Assembly (NCBI RefSeq): GCF_052425735.1
Contig: NC_135761.1
Span: 26,412,001-26,476,000 of the forward strand
Source of the DNA: Oculina patagonica
Taxonomy: Eukaryota
Length of the DNA: 64,000 bases
Direction of reading: 5' to 3'
Shown here: positions 28,170-40,921 of the stretch, one piece after another
Layout: each line of letters opens with the position of its first letter
How positions within the stretch are numbered: the first letter of the stretch is position 1
Translations under genes and position numbers: made by a program
The notes under the pieces: generated by a model
Told to the model about the DNA's origin: nothing
What the model saw: only the letters and a program-made list of their open reading frames with translations
Databases searched by the model: none

Positions 28170-28575
28170 TATATACGGCCTATATCCGCATATGGAGCAA
28201 GTTCACTGATTGTTTTTTAGATTCCTTCCATATTTTCTCCAGATATGGCCAATATCTCGACCTAGTGCAACAGGGATTGTTTTTTAGATTCCTTCCATAT
28301 TTTCTCCATATATGGCCAATATCTGGACCTAGTGCAACACTGGTTGTTTTTTAGATCCCTTGCATATTTTCTCCATATATGGCGAATATCTGGAACTAGT
28401 GCAACACTGTTTTTGTAGTTTCCTACCATATGTTCTCCATATATGGGAAATATCTGGAAATGGTTTAACCTGGCCATATCAGTCGCATATAATTCCCGTA
28501 ATAGTTCCATATTTTACTCCAGGTAATTTCCAGCTTTGGTCCATATATGGCCCATATAAAAATTTTAATAAGGGC
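28170..28575. repeat. Tandem ~67-bp repeats (about 4 copies) ending in ...taaggg; possible EnSpm/CACTA-like subterminal array
   Basis: Unit starts at 28220, 28287, 28354 and 28418 (gattccttccatattttctccatatatggccaatatctggacctagtgcaaca). Confidence 0.65.
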
Positions 28576-31500
28576 AACTGATGAAGTCAAAGAACCAACA
28601 GCAGTTGCACCAGTATTTGAGTTTAAGAACGGGTGATACAAGATTAGAATGCCCTGGAAAGATGGAAAAATTATGAAGTTGCTTTTGCACAACTGAATAG
28701 TCAGGAGCCCCTTAGGAGAAAAGGCCCAGGGGTTATGTAAGCCTATGGCAAGATCTTTTAAGATTGCGAAAAAAAAGGACTATGTATGTAAAGTGCCCAA
28801 GACAAGTTATCAGTCTAAAACTTAACAATCATTATCAGTCTAAAATATCATGCTAGGTTAAAATTAAAATGAGAACAGAATCAACATGAATCATTTTTGT
28901 CCTAGAAGAAAGTTGCTTTATTGTACCTGGATGTCGGCAATGCTGTTGCATTGAATCCGAAAGCAATAAAGAAGCCACGACTGTAGACAGAATTTGAACT
29001 TCTCAAAGATATTTGGTTTAAAAAAAGCCTGAGACATGTCAACTGAAAATGGCTTGAAAACATGATTGATGAGATCAGCCCTTTAGCCTTAACTGCCAAC
29101 AAAGAACTGAAGAGAGTTGTTGAGCCATTTAAGGGGAGTCACCATAGTAATATATTGTAAATTTTTTTATTGTTGTGTGGTATGATTGTTTTCACACGAA
29201 TTTCATTAATTTAGGGACAAACAATGTTCAGCAGTGGGGTTTGAATACCAGTAATTAAGTGACATATGATATGGCACCTCAACAAATATCATTGATTTAA
29301 ACTGGGATGTCTTTGTTTCTAAGCTTGCCATTGAGCTTGGTTTTGTTCATAATGCTGCTAAGAAGTTTGTAAGGGTTCAGGCCACCAAAAGATGATGTCT
29401 GTGCTGAAAGTTGCACACATGATTTATGGAAGGAACCGCCAATTCCATACATCTGCAATAAGGTTGACACTGGATCAACAACTTCTGTAAATGATTACCT
29501 GTACAAGTGGATGACCAATGTTGACTGGGAAAATGCCACCCTTAGTTACATTTGGGTTTTCTGCATGGGCATCAGAAGAAATAATGCTGCTTATGTAAAG
29601 ATATACCAGATAGTACTTGCTTGTGTGTTTCATAAATGGAGTGTCCAAATATGCTTTCAATGACCCTTAACACAGGTAATTAAATGAAAACTATCTTTTT
29701 ATTTTAAACTGTGTCTGTACAATAATACTTTGTTGATTTTGAGCTCCTTTAAATCTCGCATACAAAGTATCCTGTTTTGACAAGCAACAGCTTAACTGTG
29801 CAATAACCTTAAATTTAGTAACTGCATGTTCAGTAAGCCATTCTAGTTTCTTTTTATTTTTGCAGTTTAGACCAAGCTTAACAACCATCAGAACTGACCA
29901 TATATTTTGTTCAAAACACAGAGGCCATCAGCACATTAAGGAATGAAAGCAAGGTTGAAGATGTGGATGCCGAAGAAAAAACAAGGAATCAATGGTGTGG
30001 CATGCATGCGCAGCATGGCACCATGACAACATTGGATTGGCTCAGGATTTTAAGATAGAGCTTGTTATCTACAAGCAATAGGACAAAGGGTGTGAGATTA
30101 TGTGTTGTGAGATTATCCCATGGATTGATCATTGGCACACAAAATAGATAAACTTCTTGATTTACGTTTCTCTTGTGTATTCATCTTAGAACTCAGTTTC
30201 AATTGCTTGTTTTTAAAATCATCCACTCATGCATTCCTTGTGTTAAGTTTTCAGCTACCATTAGATCAAGATAAGATCCATGTGGAACGGCGATTGTCTT
30301 TCAAAGTGATTACGACAGTGCCATGAGGTGCAAGCACTGGCTTTTCTGCTTCCACCTTGCTTGTATACATATAAATTATAATGAAGGCTTGCCAGAATAG
30401 ATATAAATTGGCACGACTTCATTTCCAAGTCAATGAACAACAACATATCCTGTTTTCTCTTCATCTTGTATACTTAAAAGATCTAAAAATTATGCAGATT
30501 CTGTGATCTCTCATCCCTTTCTTTTATCTGCTATTCTTTCTGTGCATTATTAAGTTCACCCTTAAAAGCTTTTTGGATAACCCAAATAAAATAGGGGAAT
30601 CAATGGAGAACTGACAACAATCTCCAAGACAAGCTCTACCCAAGAGTTCCCATAACCGGTTGGGAATTTCAAAAGTCACAAGAAACGCTTGACACAAAGG
30701 AAAACCAAGTTTACCAATAAAGCCCAGGCTTATACCGAAGCAGACAAAAAAAATTGGGAGCAAAGACACACTTGGAAACCACAATAGTGTTGGGTTAACA
30801 AACATAATCTCTCCAAGACCATGGGCTTAAGGAAAAGATTAGACCATCATGATGCATATGTGGAGGACTTCACTGTTTCACAGATGGCAGACAGGAACAA
30901 AGCAGTGAGATTCAAGGAAAATCCAACAAAACAGGACACTGAGGTCTGAGGAATGCAACTTGCCATTCTCCCCAGTAGATGTGGCCAACTGACAGTGGCG
31001 AGAAGGATCCCATGAAACTTTTGAAAGAATAGTTGGGGCATCAACCTGAGGCGATCTTGTTTGGTTTCCATGGAAAAAAAAATCATCAACAATTGCATCG
31101 TTAACACGCAGATGTGGACAGAACTGCCGAAAAACCAAAAAAAGGTGAAGAATTATCATTGACTCTGACTCAGATTAGTTTGACCTATGACTTTGGACAC
31201 CCCAATTTTTCTGAATTGCCCTAATAATCTGTTGATGCAGTTGTTTTTTATCTTTTTCACACATGGTTGATTATTTGATTGAAGTTTAACTTTAGGCACG
31301 TCACTTGGAAGATGACCTAGAGGTAGCAGGCAAGAACCAGCTGTCAACAAGCTGTTCTTCAGCTAAGAAGTAAACTATGCAGAAACATGTAATCAACAAC
31401 AACCATTTACGTTCCCAGAAGCAAAAGCATATGTATATATGGTGGCAAAGAAAATGTGCGTTTAAGGAAACAACAAAATCAGCGATGAAGTGGCATAAAA

Positions 31501-31729
31501 ATGCAAGAAAGAAATGCCTGTCTTGGAAAGCACATCATCTACAGTGTACACTGATTGACAATCACGTACAACCCAAGGACAAAACATCTTCAAAACTGGC
31601 ATAACGGTATCTTTAATAGAAGAACCTTTCAGCAGAGATGATCACTAGGTATTGCACAATCATGTGCTTTGCGCCAAAAAAGGTTGCAAGGCACTGTCTT
31701 CCAGTCAGGTTAAGAGGCAACTTCCAGTA

Positions 31730-32130
31730 AGGCAGCATGTTTTTAAACATGAATGTGTTGATGACATTACTGTATTTTGTCCTGATACTGGTGTATGGTG
31801 ACTGACAGTAAAAGATGGCAAGGAAATGTTGTGTTGCCTTTGTAAGAAGCACATGAAAAACAGGAAAAGGGTCAAATATGTCAACACGCCTGGTACACAC
31901 TACAGGAAAGTTGCAACATCAGAACATGGTAATTTAGAAGAACACATGCAGTCAGTAAGGCAAGAACTTCTTCAGCGAGCATTGTAGTTACAAAAAGAAA
32001 TAGAGAAATAAAGCTGAAGTGGCCGACAAGGCCTTCACGGTCTTCTATTTCATCTCCAAAGAAAAAGTTTCCAAAAGGAAAGGCTCTACTGCTATTAGAC
32101 TTTCTAACTTGATATGGGATAGAGGATATG
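31730..32130 (+). pseudogene. hAT (ZNF862-like) N-terminal zinc-finger fragment
   Basis: FKHE..., DTGVW, MLCCLCKKHM, then LYFISKE; parallels the N-terminus of the 42517 ORF. Confidence 0.5.
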
Positions 32131-32883
32131 AACTATAACTTTATTTGTTCCTCATAATTTTTTTTACACAATTGAAAAAATTACAAACCTTATTATGTTT
32201 TCAAACATATTAACATTTATACTAAAATTAGTTGTTTTGTACAGCGCCACAATTGGACAAAAGGCAAAAAAACTGCTAAAAAAGGAGACAAGAATCAATT
32301 CAGATAGCATTGTGGAGCACACGGAACAGTAAGTTTAATACATTGAAGAAACCACGGCAGAGACAGTTATAACTGTTTGTTACTGCAAGATTCTTTCAGA
32401 CTGCCGATGTGAACAAGATATTGAATCTGACAAAATTGAACTTAATCACAAAACCACCCTCGATTGGGAAAAAGAGACAGACTTTACAGGTCTCACAACC
32501 ATTTTGAGCAGAAGGAGATCAGTGTGGCCACCTAGACGCATGGAGGACTTAAATGAATTATAATTTGTGTATCAATAAATAAGGATATCAGAAATCTGCT
32601 TAGGACGACTGCCTGCCCATTCATCTAATCCTCTGTCCATCTTTTAACAGTATAAACCCAAAACTACCAAACAAGATGCCGAAAGTCCTGGAAGCATAAG
32701 CGTAAGCACTAGATAATTATGACAATTCGGTGCTGCACATTAAGACACTCACCACTGAAAACAGATATGAAAAACCATTCTGGCGTGCAACAGACTTAGA
32801 TGGCACAATTCTTAATCAGGAGAGACAATATAAGACAAGTAAGTCAGCACGCTAATTTATTTCAGGATTCTTTTATTAAAACA

Positions 32884-33482
32884 ATTGCTGGTTTTCACTG
32901 TCACGCAATCAAAAAATAAATTCGAAACCATTCAACTACAGAAGCTATGAATTACAAATATTATAGATGATAAATAGATAAACAATTTCTCCAAGTTTCG
33001 TGCCTGTGCGATGTACCGTTCGCGAGTTATTTTCCGAACCTTTCCACGCAAATTTATAAAGCTTTGTATGGAGCCGCCATCACTGTGTCTGCTGAGGGAC
33101 ACAGTAATGGCCGCCGTGATGTCAGAGAAACCATCTGGAACTCAATTCTGTTTACAACAGCGGCTATCCTTGGCTTAAGACCTAGTACACTTTCACATAA
33201 ACACCACTTATTATATCTGAAATGATCAGTCTGCACAAAATGGAAAGGAAAGGTATTTTTTTTAACAAAACAGCTTTGTCACGGCACTCAGCTTGATGTC
33301 ACATACGACGGAGAACTCAAATATTCAAAATGCTCTGTTTTAAAAACGAAAGACACAATCGAACTGGAAATTTGCAAAAATATATATTTTTAGTTTATCT
33401 TTCGCCTAATGACAACGAAAATTTAGCAGGCCTAGTGAATTTTGATTTCAGAATTTTATGACGTAACATGAAAACCAAGAAT
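32884..33482. mobile_element. Non-autonomous MITE with imperfect TIRs
   Basis: Left attgctggttttcactgtcacg; right cgtaacatgaaaaccaagaat (reverse complement attcttggttttcatgttacg). Confidence 0.7.
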
Positions 33483-33659
33483 AAAAGGCTCAGGTTATTG
33501 CGCACCTTGACTAGGTTGTGCTTTGAATTTACAGGCGGTGGGAGCAGGACGGAAAAAAGGTGGGAGATGGGAAATAAAGATACGGGAGGCAAAGGAAGGA
33601 AAGCATTCATAGAACATTTGATGACGCTTTACCAGTGGTGAGCTGGTTTCAAGAAGTAT

Positions 33660-33885
33660 GGTGCAATTAAGGAAGTGAAGGTCAAAGACCTTCTGGTGAC
33701 ACCAGAGAAAACCAGCTTGATGCAGAAAAGGAAAACTTCACAAGGGAACAAGTGGAATGGCTCTTTTGTCCTATGACAGAGTCAGTTTATATGGACACTC
33801 CCCCATTCTTTATGTGGTTTGCAAACAACTTCATTCCAAATTTCCCACCAGCAAGGCCTGTTCTTCTTCTTATTGATGGACTTGT
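33660..33885 (+). pseudogene. pogo/Tigger DDE transposase fragment
   Basis: ESVYMDTPHSFMWFANNFIPNFPPARPVLLLIDG. Confidence 0.6.
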
Positions 33886-34899
33886 GATTCACCAGAGCAA
33901 AATTGACTGACCCAAAAAGGAAAGAGGTTGATGTTGCAGTTTATTAAATAAAGAAAAAGAAGGCACCTCAGGACAAATTTTCTAGCCTAAGTTTATTCAA
34001 ATATTTTCTGCGTGTCACTTATTTTACTTTACTGGACACTACTTATGATATTGACATGCCCTGCACCTGGTTCCTCTTCCGTAACTGCCCTTGCCACCGC
34101 TCTTAATTTTTGTGACTAATATTATCTGCATCTTGTTTTATAACTTAAGCTATAATTAATTAGATTTTTTAACTATAATTTTTAACTTTAAGTAATTAAG
34201 TAATTAGACACATAGTAAGATATTTTGTATTATCAATCCTGGTATTAATTCAACGTGGTCAGCAACTATGAAACCGACATCCATTTTTTTTAGATAGAAA
34301 ATAAAATTTTAAGTCTATTTTCCAAAGTGGAAAGTTTTGTAAAAGGTTAGTGTCAAGCCCTGAATAGTGCATTGGCCAGAAGCTGTCTATTTAAAGACAT
34401 TTTTGTCACCATTCTGTACATATTTCGTAATTTTTGTCGCACAAGTTCGTCTTTCAAAGAGCACGTAGATGTGAACTTGACATTACGATCGAGTGAGGAC
34501 AAAACATTTTTATTAAGTCAGAAGATGTCAAAGTGAAAATTCATGAAAAATGAAAAAGATGGAAAAAGAGGGAAAATTTTTCCCTCTAGCTTCTTTGTTT
34601 TAAAAAAAAAAAACAGAAATCGGCAAGTTTATCAGCTGATTATCAGCTGTGCGATCGCACAATGTAAAATTTGCTGGTTTGTTCCAGATAACTTCATCCC
34701 GTGGTAATTTTCAAGTCTGTGACAGCCTTTATAGTTTTGGAAAAGCAACATTCTCATAAAAGGAAGATAGATTTTCATCTCGTCACTAAACAGTGAACAT
34801 GGTAAACACAGGACCAAGAAAACGGCAGCCATGTTGAAAGTTTATTATGATGATTGATTCAGGGTTCAGCTTTTTTACAGTGCCTGCGTTTTGTTTAAT

Positions 34900-36544
34900 T
34901 TTAGGTATGTGGTAGCTGGTAAACTGCAAAGGGGAAGGGATGTTCTGCCTACTGTGCCGTGTACATAACACCAAGAACAAGAACAACAAGCAGTACACAT
35001 TCAACTTAGCACCATCCATTGACTTCAAGCACAGTGCTATGTATGACCATGCAAGAGCCAGTGGCCATTTGTCAACACTCATCTGTGAGTTGGAGAGAAC
35101 GAGTTCATCCTTGGCTCAGTAGCAGTGGCTCATGAAGTCACTGACAGGATAACATACAATGCCTTCCTAAGGTCTTATAGGCTGGAAAAAGAAGAAATAG
35201 CCAACAAGAAACTTCTCTCCCCGATTGAGTTGGAAAAGCACATTGGTGTTGTGGAAATGGCAGACTTTAGAAATAGAAGTGAACGAAGTTGGCGAGAGAT
35301 GCACCTCCTCGTAGGTCAAAAAGAGATGGCTGTCACACATCAGCAGCGCCCTAAAGGTTTTAATAACCCCCAGTAAGGATGGCTCTGGGCAGTATGCTGC
35401 AGTTCTGTGCAACATGGAACACTTGAGTTCTACGTCGAAAAATTGAGATATCAAGGGGTGAGCGAAATATGTCTGTAAAAAAAATGAAAAATGTGCAGTT
35501 TGCAGCTTTTTGTCATTTTCTTGCAGACATGTTTGCTATCATCTCGAAGCTTAGCTTGGACAGGCAGCTAAATGATTTGATACTCCCAGTGGCAGTTCCA
35601 TAATCCGTGAAACAGTCACCAGCGTTGACTCCCTAAAAAAGCGTCCCATTCCAAATGGACATTTGCAGTGATTTCTCAGCATGCTGGAGAAGTCTGCAGA
35701 TGACCAAGTCCAGTTTCAAGGGACTACGTTAGAAGGCTGTCTTGATGGTGTCCACAATCAAGCGGCTGCCACTCGTACTGGTAGCTTCGAGGCAACAAAA
35801 GCTGAGGCAATTGGTCTGTGCTTGAATGGTCTGGAAGACAGGTTCGGCAACTTTTTGATTGATCAAACAAGTGGATATGAGCCCTCGTCTAACAGAACCA
35901 CTGATGTTGTAAGAGACATGCTTGTGTTCAACGTTGACAGGTTCGGCAACTTTTTGATTGATCAAACAAGTGGATATGAGCCCTCGTCTAACAGAACCAC
36001 TGATGTTGTAAGAGACATGCTTGTGTTCAACGTTGACGCTTGGCCCACCAGCCCCAAAGATCTTGTTGTCTTTGCCAACGAGCAGATAGAACGTCTGTCT
36101 CACTGGTTTGAACCTGTGCTGGAAAATGCTGATGCCAGGTTAACTTAATTCCTGATGAGTGGCTTTCCATGAAATTGCAGATCAACACCAGTTTTCGGGG
36201 CAAGGACTATGGAAGCCTGTGGCAGACCTTGTAAACAAAACAAAAAAATGCCTTATCACCAGGACTTTCAAAATGTCTTTCACCTTGACGAGATTCTGTT
36301 GGTCCTACCAATTTCTGCAGCTCAGTGGGAACGTGCCATCTCCGCACAGAACCGGGTAAAGAGCAGTATGCGAGTTAATATTGGATCACCGACACTTGAA
36401 GATCTCATCCACATTGCTGCAGAGGGCTCGACGGTTGCTGACTTTGACCCCGTGCAGACGGTTGACAAGTGGTTCACACGGAATAAGGAAGCAGGAGAAC
36501 GGCGGCGGAGGCCAGCATTCAAAAGATCTTCTTTCCTGAAATAA
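34900..36544 (+). pseudogene. hAT transposase pseudogene with large internal deletions and a 99-bp tandem duplication
   Basis: MFCLLCRVHN zinc finger; FCHFLADMF; dimerisation region LPISAAQWERAISAQNRVKSSMR, homologous to 56845-57144. Confidence 0.8.
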
Positions 36545-36977
36545 ACTGACCAATGGACTGGTTTTGTTTAAGCATGGTATCATTAAGTTCTAGGAAATAA
36601 TCTACACGGTCACACAAATACTTGTGAATAATTTTAACTGTCGTTAATTGAGCATGTTTACTTCAGCTTTAGTTCCTTGAAGTAAACGAATGCTATGCAC
36701 GATTTGTTTCTTTTCCTTAGTCAAATTAAGAAAAATAGAAGTCGTATTCAAATTTTTTGTGAAAATAAGAAAACACGTTGAGACCAAGAGCTTAATTGTG
36801 TTTTTTATTTAGACATCTGCTGTTTGTGTTTTAATTATTAGTAAGAATATTCTTATGTGATCTCGTTGCCGTTATTTTCAGTGTTTTCATATCATATCGT
36901 AACATTGTTGTTATTTCAAGAGATTTAAAACTGGAGTGATTGTGAGTTGTCATCAATAGCAATTGAGGGACCAATGA

Positions 36978-38185
36978 CAGTGCTGGAAATTACTGTCGGT
37001 CATCGGACATTGTCCGATCAAATATGCTCGAATGTCCGGCCAATTTTGCAATATGTTCGGACATGATGTCCAAGAACTTACGTGACTATTTAAATTTCAA
37101 CAAAAGTTCTAGACAAAAATTTCATTCCTGTGATTTTAAGCAACTTTCATTTCAATAAAACTAAAATCTAGACAACAATTTGTCAACTTGCCAGATAGCA
37201 GATAGCGGTCCTTCTCGTTCCAGCAATTTATTTCGACCGTTTACAAAGCCTGAGGTTTATGCAAATTTTGTTGAATAAACAAACACACTGTCTCATAACT
37301 TGAGACCTGTCTCATGGGGAAGATTTAAGTCACGTGCTAGGCAACGAACATCGCATTTTGTTGAATCACATTAAGATTTTGTAGAGGGAAATCCACACAA
37401 AAAGAGCTAAATCGTACTAAATGGCAAATACACAAAGAATAAAGATTTTCTGAAAAATGCACATTCTTTAAATGTCAAACAATTTTACAGGAAAAGCCTG
37501 TGTCACACTGAACGTTTTTGTAAAAGTGCCGTGAAAATTTTGCCGCACAAACATGATAGTTTTGCATTCATTATTATCGTGGGAACCAGAGAAGCTGATT
37601 GGTCGGCTCCAAATACATCTAAAAATGACAACGTCTTCCTTCCAGCAACCTTTGAATCTCGATGTTGTTTCATAATGAACATGATGAATTTTCACTTGCA
37701 GAAGTAGAAGCTGATTTAAATTTCCTTAATCAAAATATTCAGAAGGAAACATCGAAGGATTTATTCTCACGTTACATCTTCAAGCTATAAAGTATTCTGA
37801 CTTGGATTTGGGGAAAGATTGTGGTCGCTTGTAAATCAACCACTAATGGTGACTGTTTGTATAACTCTTGTTCACGTTTGTTGATTGGTGATGATTCTCT
37901 GAGTAGCTGTCTTCGGATTTTAACTGCTTTAGAAGAAGAATCTTCTGATCAGTGATGTACTCAACAGAAGCAGTTTTTGAAACAGGAATAATTTTTGTAG
38001 CAGAAGTTATTGATTGATATTCATGAACATTCAGCTCTTTATATAACATTTTTTTACTCTTTTTTTTTTTAAGCAAATCGCATTTATGCAAATTAGTGTC
38101 TGACCAATTTTCCAATATGTCCGTTCAAAATTAAAGTTTAGAAGGACACATGTCCTTTAAGTAAGAAAAATTATTTCCAGCACTG
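36978..38185. mobile_element. Non-autonomous hAT-like element with 6-bp TSD
   Basis: Perfect 13-bp TIR cagtgctggaaat; TSD caatga at 36972-36977 and 38186-38191. Confidence 0.9.
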
Positions 38186-38764
38186 CAATGACGTTACGTT
38201 GTTGCTAAATTGACTAAATAGTGCCTGAACTAAGAGTAGTAAGATAAAGTTTGCATTCTGTCGCATCTCCTCTCAATTGAATATCTGCAATAAAATGGTA
38301 CAACTTGTAAATCAAATTAATGATTCCTTGCTGTTCACGTTTTAACATTACTTCATTGAATTTTAAATAAATTACACCTATAGTATGCATACGATTAAAC
38401 AGCACTTTTCTTTAAGTTAAGTGAGTCCTTAGTCGATAATGAAGCACTCAACGTTGTACTCATCAGAGGTTCAGGGGAATGGAAGGAGAAATGCTGCATG
38501 GTTGTGGCCTGGTGCGGGCAACATGGTGATCATAGAACGCGAAAGGAAAGATTGTTTGAACATAGAGCAAAGAACTAAACGTCAGTTTTTCAGTCAGGTA
38601 CATTTGCTCTCCAAAAGGTAGAAACAAGAGAAGGTATAAAGTTGACTTGAAACATTTGGCTTTCGATTCGTTTGTCATGGTTTTTTAATGGTAGGTGTAT
38701 AAATAATCAGTGTCTTTGTATTTTCTTATTCGTAAGCTGGAAAATTTTCGTTCTGATTTTAAAA

Positions 38765-38858
38765 AAAAATTGGCGATCAGAAATTTCCATCTGGCGACCA
38801 AACATTTTGGTTTAGTCGCCAGTTGGCGCCAATAGAAAAAAGTTAATTTCGGACCCTG
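38765..38858. mobile_element. Orphan right terminus of a hAT5-like element (probably of the 34.9-36.5 kb transposase)
   Basis: aaaaaagttaatttcggaccctg matches the terminus at 58230 (aaaaaagttaatttcgtgccctg); tggcgacc/gtcgcca subterminal motifs. Confidence 0.65.
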
Positions 38859-38874
38859 CTTCAGCAAAAAAAAA

Positions 38875-39230
38875 TCAAGAAGCTCTAAAGCAAAGCATTT
38901 TAGATCTGTTAGCAACAATGATCTCAATCTACCACTCTGCCGAATTTCCAACGGCCAGAGATCATTTGCCTTCCAGAATTCCCTGCAGTGGACTTAAGGA
39001 CTAATGACTCCAAAAAGGTTTTTAAAAAAGACTTTTTAAATTTCTTTTAAATTAACTTAAAACTAAATTTTGTAACTTAACAGTAGAGATATTGTATATA
39101 TTTTATTATTTAATCTCCTCATTATAAATTTACATTGTAAATATTTTGTAATTAACTTTTGTTTTCTTGTATTTTAACTTTTTAATATTGCTGCTGAAAA
39201 GCCCTTTCAGGGAGCGCAATAAATGTATAC
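38875..39230 (+). mobile_element. CR1/L2 LINE 3' end
   Basis: NDLNLPLCRISNGQRSFAF; tail gctgaaaagccctttcagggag...aataaa. Confidence 0.65.
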
Positions 39231-39309
39231 ATGTGCAGGGCGCAACAAAAGTGCTGTCCGATAGCCCGGGGCTAGTGGAATTATCCGTTGGGCTAGCGTA
39301 TTCTGAGCA

Positions 39310-39710
39310 AGCATTTGAGTGTGCAGGTTGTGCAGCTTGCTATGTTGGTGAGACCTCCCAACATTTCAACACACATGTAAGGGAACACCTAACAACTGGC
39401 AGGGCATTGCACATTTTTAAACACCTTGAGAGCTCAGAAACATGCCACTCAGCATGCTCTCAGGCCAATTTTGACATCATTGATCAGGCCTCTTCACAGT
39501 TTACATACATGATCAAATAAGTGCTCCACATCCGTTGGGAAAAACCAACACTTAATGCACAAGTTCGTCATGTTAATTTAAAACTTTTTGTTTAATTTTT
39601 TTTTCTCATTATTGCTACTGTGCTTATTATTACCATTATTATTGTAATTTTTCTTACATTAAATATGTTATTGTATCTCTTTCAAGTCACACTGAGGATG
39701 GCAGATTGGT
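39310..39710 (+). pseudogene. Penelope-like element GIY-YIG endonuclease end
   Basis: FECAGCAACYVGETSQHFNTHVREH...HIFKHL...LHIRWEKPTLN, then ctgaggatg. Confidence 0.8.
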
Positions 39711-40651
39711 TTTTGCTGTAAAACTTAAAAGTTTATGTTTAATTTAAAAACTAAAAACATTATTATGTGATGTAATTACCTGACATTTATTGCTTATTTA
39801 CATAATATCTTAATAAAATAATTTACCTAATATCTTATTAATTTTACTGTCAACCTGGACCTTTAACTTCACATTCACTTCATTTTGGTCCCCTGCTAGA
39901 CAGATAATGCACCAGAAATCACGGTCTTTGCACCCCGGACCAGGGCAGTCACTCAGCAGGGCAGTCACTCTATGGTCAGCAGTTTTCATTTTTGCACCAC
40001 AAAGTAATTTCGCTCAATCAAAGACAAGGCTAAGAAGCATGGCAAGTTTATACTTATATTAAATACTTTGCAAAATTTCTTACAAGCATAGTTCTGTAAA
40101 GAAGTATTGAAGCTGAAGATTTTAAAGCCTGCTCAAAAGGTAGGTCTTGATTATGCTGCACTGACCTGTCTGATATTATGATTGAATTATTTGTTTTGTC
40201 TGGATTCATATCTGTTGTTTCACAGTGTAGATTGCTTTCTAATGACTTTACTTTCCTGTTTTTTGTTACGTTTTGTTGACTAAAAATACGAAAATGTAAC
40301 AAAAAAATATAATAATAAACAGAGGCAAACATTGCACTAGCCGCTCTGAAATCAACATGTTCATTTACAGCTACCAACAATATTATCATTCCTTATCGTC
40401 AGATCATCCCCCTTTTGCTTGGCTATACGTTTTCTTCAAGGGAGAACCATGAGTGTGGAACATAGGGTGTGTGGGAGTTCACCTCTTACTTTTCTCCCAG
40501 GTACCAGGTATTTCACTTATACTTGCATGAAAAGTGAATGCCCTGCTTATGCAGAGGAGGGGGGTTTGGGGTTTCAAATGACTTTTATAACCACGCCGAG
40601 CTCGGGAGTCCGCGATTCCAGTCATCTCATTTGGCAGCGGAAAAATTCAAG

Positions 40652-40776
40652 ATGGCGGCAACAATGAAGGGCGGATTATTCAAATCTATGCTAAATAACT
40701 TCATCTTTCAAAGAGAATTATGGGAAGTCTAAACCTCGTGGCTGAGTTTGACAAAGATGGCTGAAATGCTTGTCAG
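40652..40776 (+). pseudogene. Probable first coding exon of the left-end gene of the CAC-TIR element
   Basis: ATG within CAAGATGGCGG; MAATMKGGLFKSMLNNFIFQRELWEV*TSWLSLTKMAEMLV; donor ag|gtaag at 40776/40777. Confidence 0.45.
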
Positions 40777-40921
40777 GTAAGCTTCATATTGATCTGTTTT
40801 TGAGCATTTTCCTGTTCGGTTTGGATGAGTTATGTCTGTTTTTGTCCTGCAAATTTGTTATCTCAGCGTTGGTCGATATGGCTAGATTTTTTCGAAAATC
40901 TTGGATTTAGGAGCAGCAATT

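Noticed and set aside
28170-28575. CRISPR-like array
   Set aside because: The units are contiguous tandem repeats without unique spacers, the context is eukaryotic and there are no cas genes.
28600-31700. Numerous short ORFs
   Set aside because: No coherent motifs or exon chain; probably heavily decayed TE sequence.
40587-40591. 5-bp Transib-type TSD for the CAC-TIR element
   Set aside because: Left ataac and right acagt do not match; only a 2-bp AC is shared.
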